64,000 nucleotides of DNA, from the NCBI GenBank assembly GCA_030324005.1, contig JARDVH010000140.1, positions 18,239,106 through 18,303,105 of the forward strand. Reading direction: 5' to 3'. The notes under the pieces are model-generated. The model did not search any database, had not been told where the DNA came from, and saw only the letters and a program-made list of their open reading frames with translations. Source of the stretch: Negaprion brevirostris. Lineage: Eukaryota. The stretch's first letter is position 1; the number at the start of each line of letters is the position of its first letter. Positions 51,085 through 61,990 of the stretch are shown here, one piece after another. Made by a program: the position numbers and the translations under genes.

Positions 51085-52540
51085 CTTGATAAGGGCCACA
51101 TCAAAGGTTGCAGAAAATAAAAGCTCATGGCGTGGTGAATAACGTATTAAAATGGATAGAAGATTAGCTAGCTGGCAGAAAACAGAGAGAATGCATCACT
51201 AGGTCTTTTTCTAACCAAGAGGATGTGACGAGTGGAGTTTCAAAGGGGCCTCAGCTTTTTACAATTTATATCAATGATTTAGATGAGCAGATCAAAGGCA
51301 TGGTAGCTGAATTTGCAGATGATGCAAAGATAGATAGGAAAGTACATTGCGAGGAAGACTGAAAGGGGTTGCAGATCAGTATAGATGGGTTGAGCAAGTA
51401 GCAAAAATTTAACAAATGGAGCAGAATGTGGAAAAATATGAACTTGTTCACTTTGGCAAGAAGAATAAAATGGCAGAATATTACTTAAACAGAAAACAAT
51501 TACCAAATCTCAAGGTGCAGGGGAATCGAGGTGTTCTCGTGCATTAGTCACAAAAAGTTGGTATACAGTAATCAAGGCGGCTAGTGGAACGCTGTGCTTT
51601 GTTACAAAAAGAATCAAACACAAAAGTAATGAGGTTATGCTTGTTATACAGAGCATTGGTGAGACTGCATCTTCAATACCGTGTACAGTTTTGGTCTCCT
51701 TATTTAAGGAAGGATGGAAATACATTAGAGGTGGTTCAGAGGATTATTAGATAGTTAACTGGAATGAGCAGGTTGCCTTAAGAGGAAAGGTTCGATAGAT
51801 TGAGCTCACTTTCACTGGAGTTTAGAAAAGTGAGGGATGATGTGACGGAGTATTTAAGATCCTGAACGGTTTTGACAAGACGGACATAGAGAGGTTGTTT
51901 GCTCTTGTGGGCGAGTCCAGGTCTAGGGGCACCGTTTTAGAATTAGCGGTTGCCCTTCGAGAGAAAAAAAAATACTCATCCATCCCTGTCCTAAAAGGTT
52001 TGTGCAACTTTGGAACACTGCCTCAGAAGTCAGTGGATGTAGGGGGGTCACTGAATATTTTTAAGATAGAAATAGGTAGATTCTTGTTAGGCAAGGGAAT
52101 AAAATGTCATCAGGATGGGAATGTGAAATTTGAAACACAAACAGTTGTCTCATAATCTTACTGAATGGCAGAGTAGGCTCAAGGGACAGCACAGTAGCAA
52201 GCATTATTGCTTCATTGTGTCAAAGACCTGGGTTCGATTCATTGCTTGGGTCAGTGTGTGTGGGGAATTTGCACATTCTCCGGGTCTGTGTGGGTTTCCT
52301 CCTGGTGCTCCAGTTTCTTTCCACAGTCCAAAGATGTGCAGGTTAGGTAAATTGGCCATGTGAAATTCTCCGTGTACCCAAATAGGTGCCGGAAAGTGGC
52401 GACTAGGGGATTTTCACAGTAACTTCATTGCAGTGTCAATGTAAGACTACCGTAAGACTATTTGTGACTAATAAATACATTTTACTTTTACTTTACAAAT
52501 GATCAACTTCTACTCCCATTTCATATATTTATGTTATTAT
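51085..52540 (+). mobile_element. CR1-type LINE RT/3' fragment, interrupted near its end by a SINE
   Basis: Decayed RT remnants (FTIYINDLD, FADDAKIDR). The tail resumes after the SINE at about 52497. Confidence 0.88.
52183..52495 (+). mobile_element. V-SINE/HE1-like SINE with alternative tail
   Basis: Head and body as in the other SINEs. Tail gtggcgactagggga ttttcacagtaacttcattgcagtg...aataaatacattt(tacttt)n. Confidence 0.9.
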
Positions 52541-54121
52541 TCTTTCCTATGGCTCAATTATAAATCATAATTTAAAAAATTCAGTCCCTGAGATGCTATC
52601 ACACTAAATCTTTAAATTAGTGACTATTCTTTTACAACCATTGAGAGGTCACTTGATATTTGTTCCCCACAGCTGCAACAGATGCCGCATGATCTCTTCT
52701 AGAGACCAGAATCTAAACTGTGATTATTGAAGAAATCAAGCAAGAGGCTTTTATTATAAAAGGTTAACAAGTTTAATTTCATAACAAACGGCTATGGTCA
52801 TTTGTGACAATTTGGTGCTGCTTTTCTAATTCTGGCTGCAGCACTCACTCAGAAGAAAAGCAGAAAGATGTAAACTCCTGTTTTCGGGTGTTGTGCACAC
52901 CGGGGAAAATCAAATCATAAAATTTCACTTTTACAGATTGAATAATGAAGAAACCAGATTTAAGTTAGATTGATTGGCTGAAAATGCAGAAACTAACCTC
53001 ACTGATTTGTGCATGAATTAAAAGTAAAACTGCATAGCAGAATTAAAGCGAGTAGGCAATTACAAAATGGAAAGCTAGGTGTTGCCAAAAACATGTCCAC
53101 AAGACACAAAGGTATGTTTGTATACAATATATCTGCTCATCTTCATTACTATACAATGCACCAAATAATATTGCATTACATTACAAAATTATACTGTACT
53201 AGAAACCTGTAATTCACTGTTCCAGCTACAATCATTTCTTTGCCAACAGATATTTAATAACAGAACTGAAAGCATCCCAACTGCTGCTTTTGCAAACACA
53301 GTACTTAATATTTTGAACTTGAACCTTGCCATAATGCAAATGTTTCTTCAAGTTGTAATGTAATCCCACTGTGCACAAAATATTTCAATTCATTAACTCA
53401 ATTTAAAAAGACCGGCTTTATGAACTAACTGTAATAAGCACCAAAATAGCAAGGGTAGTCCAATTCTACATCTTTTTTAGATAAAACAATTCAATACTTC
53501 TGTGTAAATGCACCCATCAGATTACAATATAAATACATTCTTTCACAATACTGTGCTGAGCAGCAAGCACTTAAGTGTTTAATATTAATACATGTCTAGA
53601 AATAGTGAATAAAATATGGGTGAGGGTCGGAAGTAATAAATTCCCTCCCAATAGTAATCTCAGGAAATATGTGCCAACCTTGTTTAACTTGTATTCTCAT
53701 TTGCTGGCATGCCTTAAATACACTAAAATAAATGCAGTTCTCCAAATGTTTGGGACATTAAATGTTTTGTTTTCAGATTAAAAGACAGACACAGAGACTA
53801 GGCATAAGGAATACCTTAGCACGTTCCTATGTGAAGCCCAAATCTATCATACTACTTGGATGTTGTTATATTGCTCTCTTTACACTGATAAAAGGGCTGT
53901 GCATTAATGCAGAACTGGCAGCATTACTCAGGACACTAAATACAAAATGCTGGGAGATACGAAAACTCTTCTGCAGATCATCTCATTCCAGTTTAAAGCT
54001 ACAGAGTGTATAGTACAATTGCAGTTTTACGGTCTGCTGTCCTTCTAACCTCATGATTCATCCAAAATATTAAGGAAAATGATGATAATGCCATGTGGGA
54101 AGAAAGGAACAGCAGGAATAT

Positions 54122-54257
54122 TGGAGGGATTCTCTGGCCGTTCACCTCAGCAGGATTTTCCCACCCTGCAGTAGTGAACAGAGATTTGGTTGAGTGCCAA
54201 ACGCTCCATCCTTTCTGGCAGTGGCTCGGCATGAAGTGCCATGGAGAACTCTGGCCA
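54122..54257. mobile_element. Harbinger-like MITE (family of 29203-29390)
   Basis: Termini tggagggattctctggcc / ggagaactctggcc. The body is the reverse complement of the 29203 element (gatttggttgagtgccaaa). Confidence 0.8.
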
Positions 54258-55887
54258 CTATCTGTAACAATTCTGGTTAAAAAAAAATCATACACGCAAG
54301 CAGGATATTATATTATATGCACAATCTTTTTTGTCATGGTAAAATAATTTATCTGGGGGTTTGTTGTTGAAAGAGACGTTTGTAAAATCAGTAAAGTTGC
54401 TAACATGGAACTTGATTCCACATGCAGCAAAGGTTATCAGATCTGCAAGTTTTGAGGGGTAAACATCAAACCATCACTAAAAGTAATGTTAGTTGACAGA
54501 TCTGAATTGTGCTCTCATTCATCTGTGTACATCTTCTCTGCATTACTCAGCATTGTTGTTTCTCGTCAGTACTAGTGAAATTAAATGCATGGTTTCACAC
54601 ATAAACGTGAACTAGCGCTTACATTTATGAAAAAATAAATTTAGCACAATCTTTGCCCATGTTTTTGAAAATGCTTCATTAAAGCATTCAAGTTGTGAAG
54701 GAATCTGTGGTTTCAAGGCTTGTATTTCTTTTAAAAGGACCCTAACCCAAAAGGGAATCTTGCCCCTCCAGTTTCTGAGGAAAATTTAAACTATTAGAAA
54801 CTGAAACTTCTTGGAACACACAAAAGGGCACAAAGCCCTCAGGAGCAGATGCAAATTCTTGCAGGCTGAAGATAAGAGCAAGATCTAGAAGTTAAGAACA
54901 AATAAATGCACTATTGCTGCAGCTTTCCTGCTAATTAAAGTTAACACTGGATCTAAACCATCTAGACGGAGTTGAGAAGGTTCAACAGATGGGTGCCATT
55001 TTTGGTGAAGATTGGACCTGTGGAAATGGGGTTGCTTGAATGCTACCATCCTCTGAGGATCAAGCTCAGTCCAAGGGGAGTGGTGAAGGAGAGGAGCAGA
55101 AATTCTTCATGAGGAAGACAGAATTTTGAAGGACTTTGACTGAGATTGACAATCTATATGCTGAGTCAATTTGTAAGCTCTGTCTTAGTTGCATTGGTCA
55201 TTTAATATGCAATTCATAGTTTATCAATAGCAATTTGCCTGTTGAATCATATCTAACTTTGTTGATTATGGATTTTGAATATAAATGGTTGTCCAAGATA
55301 AAATTAAGTTTTTGCTTTGTTTGACTCTTATATAATAAAAAAAACTTTCCGTATTAAACTATGAAACCTTGCGGCTTCATTCTTTTAGTGAAGAACTGGG
55401 ATTTAAGTTTTAAAAGTAAGTTGCGTTCTCTACTCATATTGCAACATGAGTAGAGAAAGAGCCCTCTACTTTATTCAATACTCCACAGAGCTGCACTTTT
55501 GCACTTTGAAACAAATAGGAGGTAATGAGGAAAAATATTCTGTTTATTACTTGTGGCACATTTTCTGTCTTGCCATCAGCAGAGCACAAATTGCTAAAAA
55601 TACAAGTATTTGATGGGTACACAAGAAATGAGGTTTGACCCACACCAAAGGCCATATAGATTGACTGTGGATTGATGAAGATTGCATATGCAGCCTTCCA
55701 GTAGCTACAGTACTCGTGCTCGGTTTGTGCAAAATCACCTTCTACAGTTAATGTTACAGACAGGACGTGTTTGGAAAGAATGGATTGCTCAATAATGAGA
55801 AATTAAGGAGAATGGGCCTATTCTTTGCAGTTTAGATGAATGGTGACTGTGCTTACGGAATGCTTAGATGGCTTGGCAGGGTAGACA

Positions 55888-56248
55888 GGGACGACATGAT
55901 GGCACAGTGGTGAGTACTGCTGCTTTACAGCACCAGGAGCCCAGGTTCAATTCCAGCCTTGGGTGACTGCCTGTGTGGAGTTTGCACACTCCTCCCCTTT
56001 CGGCGTGAGTTTCCTCTGGGTGCTCTGGTTTCCTCCCACACTCCAAAGATGTGCAGGCTAGGTGGATTAGCCAAGCTAAGTTGCCTCTTAATGTCCCAAG
56101 ATGTGTGGGTTATGGGGATTAGTTGGGTAAATATGCAGGGTTATGGGGATAGGGTAGAGGGTGGGCCTGGATAAGATGCTCTGTTGGAGGGTCAGTGCAG
56201 ACTCGATGGACCAAATGGGTCTCTTCCTGCACTGTAGGGATTCTATAT
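55888..56248 (+). mobile_element. V-SINE/HE1-like SINE (near full length)
   Basis: gatggcacagtggtgagtactgctgc A-box region, ggttcaattcc B-box, body and gcactgtagggattcta tail. Confidence 0.92.
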
Positions 56249-56444
56249 TGAGAGGTTGATTTCCCCGGCTGGAAAGTCTATAATTAAGAGAATAAGTCAG
56301 TCATTTAGGACTAAGGGGAAGAGAAATTTCTTCATTGAGGGTTGTGAACTTTCCCCAGGCATCTGCACATGCTCAGCTGATTATACTCACAACAGAGGTT
56401 GATAAATTTTTGGATACTAAGGAAATCAAGGGTTATGAAGAGAG

Positions 56445-57105
56445 TGTAGGAAATGTAAATTTTGTTTTTTTTTGTACTTTGGACTGTGAATTCTTTTTGT
56501 GTATTTGTAGGAGCTCCTGTAGGTGAAAGGTTAAATTTTAAATGTGTGACTTAAATTGTTTCCTGTGTGACTGGAGTTAAGTCAGGTCACACTGACAGGG
56601 GTTGATGGCATGAACGGATAGCAAATAGCAAAAGGGAAACAGGGACAGACGCCATGAATGCTGTTACTGATTGTGATAGAAAGTCTGGCTTTGAAACAGA
56701 TCAATGGATTTTCGAGCATAATTTGATGAGGATACTGCTAATTAAATGAGTCCAATGGTTATACAGGAAAAACACTAGGATGGGCTGTTTAAGCATAAAG
56801 AATATACTCTTTGGGTTCTGATCACTGATAAATGAGATAAGAACAAAGCAACATGGCAACATAAGAACACAGCAAATCTCTGGCTGCAGACAGGAAAATA
56901 AGACAGAGAGAGAAGAAATTTATTGCACAAATATTAAGAAGCACGAGCAGTTGGTGCCGATAGTATGTTGGAAAGCAATAGCCATCTGAACAAGGAGATC
57001 GTGTGCCTTTGTTTGTTAAGTATAATTTTTGTTTAATAATTTGTCCTGACTGTATTAAGTCCTTCACTGTCCAAAGTTTGTCTGGTCTGACCTGATCTTC
57101 TTACA
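56445..57105 (+). mobile_element. Probable solo LTR inserted in a CR1 3' fragment (CR1 at 56249-56444 and 57106-57180)
   Basis: Termini TGTAGGAA...TTCTTACA (7/8 complementary). The CR1 tail text is interrupted at 56444 and resumes at 57106. No clean TSD is visible. Confidence 0.55.
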
Positions 57106-58005
57106 TAGGACAGGAAAATGGAGATGATGTAGCTATGATCTTACTGAGTGGTGGGCCTACTGCTCTATTTATTACATTATCCAAGTTAAAAACAAAAATT
57201 TTGTAAAAATCCTGCAAATTTTAACATTGAACAGGCTGCTGTTAAAATCAGATTGCAATATACAATAGATGACAAATTAACAAGATGCAGATCTCTATTC
57301 AAAATGGAGGTGCAATGAATTGCTAAAAGGCACATTTCTGGAGTGTAAATTACAGCATTGGGATTTGAAAAAAAAATTTGGCATGAAGTCAAACCTCTTT
57401 CAAAGAAATATTCTTGAATAATTTCAGATGTTGTTTTCCAGTGACCAAACCAGATGAGAAACCTTGCAAAATTATCAAGTCTTGCATCAGACTAGCTCCA
57501 CAATATTTGTTCTCACACTGCCCCCATACTTAGAACAGAAGTACAAACTTACTTCCTTTTTTCAGTTTCAAGAATTACAGCTATTCCAGCACTCATCTCA
57601 GACGTCCAGTAATACCACTTCCCCATAATGAAAAAGTTAAAATTACATTTCCCAAACTCATTTGTATTATCAATAATTAATTTATCTCCACACCTTGTTA
57701 AATCCAGACCTGAACAGACACAAAATGCTGGGAAAATATCTGTGCGAGTATGGAATAGTACTAATTCAGACTGATTGGAGTGGAACACAGTGCAGACTAG
57801 CAATTTAACCATAACTTTACAGATCCTACAAAATGAAATAATCCTTGTTTATTTCAATATAAAGTACTTTACACTAGTGCCTTGCATCAAGGGAATAATA
57901 ATGAACATTAGTGAGGTGTGCGAGAAATAGACAAATGAATCCATTAGATCAACTTTGCTAGGATTCCACCCTGAAAGTTAACTGATTCACTTTTAGGGCA
58001 CTTAC

Positions 58006-58109
58006 CTGCATGTTTATTGCGCCGGTGACTGATTCTGGGTGCAGTTGAGCCATTTCCTCGAGGCAAGAATAGGGCAGCGCCCTTCACAGTCAAGAAGCTC
58101 TCATTTATG
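58006..58109 (-). CDS. SSH2: SSH2 coding exon (approx. exon 3): (S)INESFLTVKGAALFLPRGNGSTAPRISHRRNKHAG
   Basis: Hand translation matches the Slingshot N-terminal A-domain region. Acceptor ttttcacag and donor GCAG|gtaag. 104 nt. Confidence 0.96.
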
Positions 58110-58221
58110 CTGTGAAAATGAAGAGAGAAGGTTCATTGAAGTAAAACAAACTAAAATATTAACATCGGAGCAACTGATTCAACAGCTTAATGATGAACTA
58201 TCGGTACAAGTACTAAAAGCC

Positions 58222-58440
58222 AAATACTGTGGATGCTGGAATCTGAAACAAAAACAGAAAACATTAGTAAAACTCAGCAGGTCTGGCAGCAGCTCTGGAG
58301 AGAGAAAATAAAGTTAATGTTTGAATAGTCAAACAGACTCAACGTTACCTATTTTCTCTCTCCACAGATACTTCCAGAGCTGCTGAGTTTTGCCAACGCT
58401 TTTTGTATTGGTAATTTCTGATGGATGAAGGTCACTAGCT
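58222..58440. mobile_element. Palindromic Penelope-derived hairpin element (decayed)
   Basis: aaaactcagcaggtctggcagcagctctggagagagaaaata pairs with tattttctctctccacagatacttccagagctgctgagtttt. Only remnants of a hammerhead-like core remain. Confidence 0.7.
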
Positions 58441-59706
58441 AGCTACAAGTTCATAAGATAAAACTTCTCTTCTACTTTCAACTGCATACTCAAATGAACT
58501 ATGTATGCCTACTTCGTTAAGAAAGAAACCACGCAAACAGGCCCTCCAGGAAATATAAAATGAGGGAAGAAAAGGACCTCTAGAGAACTGTTTCTGTTCA
58601 TGGGCTAAATGTCATGGTTTCCCAAACAATGGCAAAGTTGATCAGAAAGGAGTGTGAGACAATCTCAAACATGACTTCAAATACAATGCATATGAGATTA
58701 TGGCAGTGCACAATAGTACAATATAAATTTGTGCAATATATACAGATTGGAGAGGAGATAAATGGTTTGCAAGGCACATCTTTTGTGTACAAAAGATCAA
58801 CACAATTATATTAAATGTCTTACGAAATTGCAATTTAAAGTTTGAGCAAAGATTAATTGAAATATAAAATAGTACTGAAAGTAGTCACACTAGAATGGTG
58901 ATGATTCCCCATAAAAAAAATTCCTGGGCAGGATTAGAAATGAGGGGTAACTATTTCAGACTGTTCCAGTGTGAACTCCCCACTCCTCAAGATCCCACCA
59001 TATTCCCCTCCCCAAATCGAGACTCCCAGTTAGTGACAGAATAGGTTGATCACAAGAGAATCTAACAGATTTCTCCTCCAACATTTCAAGCTAAAGTAAG
59101 GGTTTCAATAGGTGCCATTTCCCAAACAGAATGTATTTGCTCCTACATTTTTGAAGCTGATTCATTAGAACAATAAGACTGAGCTACAATATATCTTGTA
59201 TGGAAATTAATATTTCGATGGGCAAGTCATACAATATTGCCACCTCGTCACATTTGAAATAACAAACTGCAACTCTGACCACAAACCACAGTTGTCAGCT
59301 TTGATGTCACACAGAATTTCACTTCTGTGTAATTCTGCTAACTGATAGCATTCTTATAAACATGCCCTGTCAATAGAACTTGTGTCCTGAAATAAATTGC
59401 ACCAGACTGACAAATTGCAAGCTTTCGTACATCTGCGTGCATGTGAATTAAGTAGGGCAATGAGTCTCAATCAACCTCTGAAGGAAAGCAAATTCTGAAT
59501 AGCATTCGGAGAAAATTAAATTTAAGGATTGACCCAATTTTTAACATTGTTGAAATAGGTAAGACTACAATCCAATCAAAATCCTGTAGGCACTACTTGA
59601 AGGGCATCCTGTTTTATCCTTGTCCATGGACATGCAACAAATATTGAATTTGAAGCCCAATTACATTTAATCTGTACATTCCCATGAACTATGGGAATTC
59701 CTGTTT

Positions 59707-59951
59707 CCAGCACAGTGGTTAGCACTATTGCCCCACAGCACCAGGGACCCGGGTTAAAGTCCAGCCTCAGGTGGCTGTGTGGGTTTCCTCTAGGTGCTCT
59801 AGTTTCCTCCCACTCTCCAAAAATGTGCAGATTAAGCTGACTGGCCATGCTAAATTGCCCCATTGTGGTAGGGTAAATATACAGGGTTACGGGAATAGGG
59901 CCTGGGTGAGGTTGCTGTCAATGCAGGCTTAGTGGGCCAAATGGCCTCCTT
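59707..59951 (+). mobile_element. V-SINE/HE1-like SINE (runs into gap)
   Basis: gcacagtggttagcactattgcc...gggacccgggtt head and body. Confidence 0.88.
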
Positions 59952-60051
59952 NNNNNNNNNNNNNNNNNNNNNNNNNNNNNNNNNNNNNNNNNNNNNNNNN
60001 NNNNNNNNNNNNNNNNNNNNNNNNNNNNNNNNNNNNNNNNNNNNNNNNNNN

Positions 60052-60257
60052 TTCACTCAGAGGGTGGTGAGTGAGTGGAATTGGCTGCCGTCGGTGGTGG
60101 TAGAGGCGAACTCGCTGGGGTCTTTTAAGAGACTTCTGGATGAGTATACGGGATTTAATGGGATTGAGAGTTATAGATAGGTCTGGTAGGTATGGATATG
60201 ATTGGCACAACTTGTGGGCCGAAGGGCCTGTTTGTGCTGTAGTGTTCTATGTTCTAT
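60052..60257 (+). mobile_element. CR1-type LINE 3' end
   Basis: FTQRVVSEWNWLP..VVEANSLGSFKRLLD and gggccgaagggcctg...(gttctat)n tail. Confidence 0.9.
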
Positions 60258-60464
60258 TAGAAACAGATTTAAATCTCTTTCCACTGGTTTCCAGCACGGC
60301 CATGACTGCAACTGTTCGCAGCTCTCGGAGACTCGTGTGTGTTCACATGCGCAAATCTCACGAAATGGCTGGCACGCACACTTCTCAACATGACCCGCCA
60401 GAAAATTTGTGGGTCACAATGGGAGAATTGCTACCCCACCCCACCCCCCCACCCCCCCACAGGA

Positions 60465-61048
60465 TCCAGAGGCATACAGCAAGGATCTGCGTTGGGTCCA
60501 CTATTATTTGTCATTTATATAAAGGACATTGGTGACTATGTGGGGGGGTTGGATTAGTAGGTTTGCAGTTGACACAAAGATTTCCGGGTGGTTAACAGTG
60601 AGGTGGAGTGTCTTGGGCTACAAGAAGATAAAGACGGAATGGTCAAATGGGCTGATAAGTGGCAGGTGGAATTTAACCCTGGAAAGTATGAGGTGATACA
60701 CTTTGGAAGGAATAATTTGACAATTGACTATTCAAAGAACGAAGTGACACTAGGAGATTCTGTGGAACAAACGAACTTTGGTGTGTTTGTCCACAGATCT
60801 CTGAAGGTGGAAGGGCGTGTTAGTAGGGTGATGAAAAATGCAAATGGGATTTATCAATTGAGGCATAGATTACAAAAGCAGGGAAGCCATGTTGAGTTGT
60901 ATAGAACTTTGGTGAGGCCACAACGAGAGTACTGTGTGGAGTTCTGGTCGCCACAGTATTGGAAGGATGTGATCGCACTGGAGGGGGCGCAGAAGAGGTT
61001 CAACAGGATGTTGCCTGGGATGGAACATTTAAGTTATGAATAGAGGTG
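60465..61048 (+). mobile_element. CR1-type LINE reverse-transcriptase fragment
   Basis: QGSALGPLLFVIYIKD and ORF 60588..61043 (WADKWQVEFNPGKYEVIHFG...LYRTLVRPQREYCVEFWSP) with frameshifts. A truncated SINE head follows at 61049-61106. Confidence 0.92.
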
Positions 61049-61369
61049 GGGGCAGCACCATGGTTAGCACTGCTGCCTCAATTCTGGCCTCAAGTCATTG
61101 TCTGTACTATAGTGATTATATGATTCTATTTGAAATGGAACCATCTGCTCCTCTGGCCTAAAATATTAAATAGAGGCTTGAAATGTTTTCATGCTCAATA
61201 TACTGGCAAGGTTAAAAGTTACTTTTTAATGATGAACTTCACGATGACATCCATTAAGTACTCAAGTCAATAGATTAATATGGTTAATTTATACTGAAAA
61301 TATTGATACAGAAACAAAATATAAAAAGTATCAAACAGGTATAATAGAAAAATATCAAACAGATCATGT

Positions 61370-61990
61370 TCAGATCTGTACCTCAATTCCAGTAAAATCC
61401 ATCAATCTCCAGTCTTGAAAGTTTTGGTTATCTCCATATTTACACCATTTTGGGGGAAGCAGCACCAGATTGCCATTACCTCATCATGTGTATTAATAAA
61501 TGCTTCTCGATTTTACTTCTATTTGACTGTATGCTAATTTACTATCACCCCCCCTTGTTCAAAATTGCTCCATACAGGAAATAGGTAGTTGCAGGGAAAC
61601 TAATGAATCAATTATAACTTTAAGCACAATAATTAGATCATATCTAAATCATACAACCAAATTAATGCAACCTGTTTTCATAGTTTAATTATTTAAGACT
61701 AGGTAATATTCTGCTAAACTTGCCACCTACCTCTTCCAAGGTCAATATACTTTTTCCACAATGTCATACCCAAAACTAAATGCAGTACTCACTTTGGACG
61801 AGGCCCGGTGAAAGCCCTGTACAACTGAAGCCTTATTTACTACTTTTTTTTATTTCAAACTCTCTTGAAGTGAAGACTTATATTCCAGTAGCAGTTTGTA
61901 GCTATGAGTACATTAATTCTTGGACACCTTTGCTCCTCTTCAGCTACTAGCCTCTTCCATCAAAGCAGAGGACTAGTTTCACTTTCTTCA
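61370..61990 (-). mobile_element. Highly decayed CR1-type LINE fragment
   Basis: cccaaaactaaatgcagtactc and aagccctgtacaactg resemble the reverse of CR1 RT 3' sequence. Confidence 0.5.

Noticed and set aside
2229-61106. tRNA-like A/B boxes
   Set aside because: All belong to SINE heads and none folds into a complete tRNA cloverleaf.
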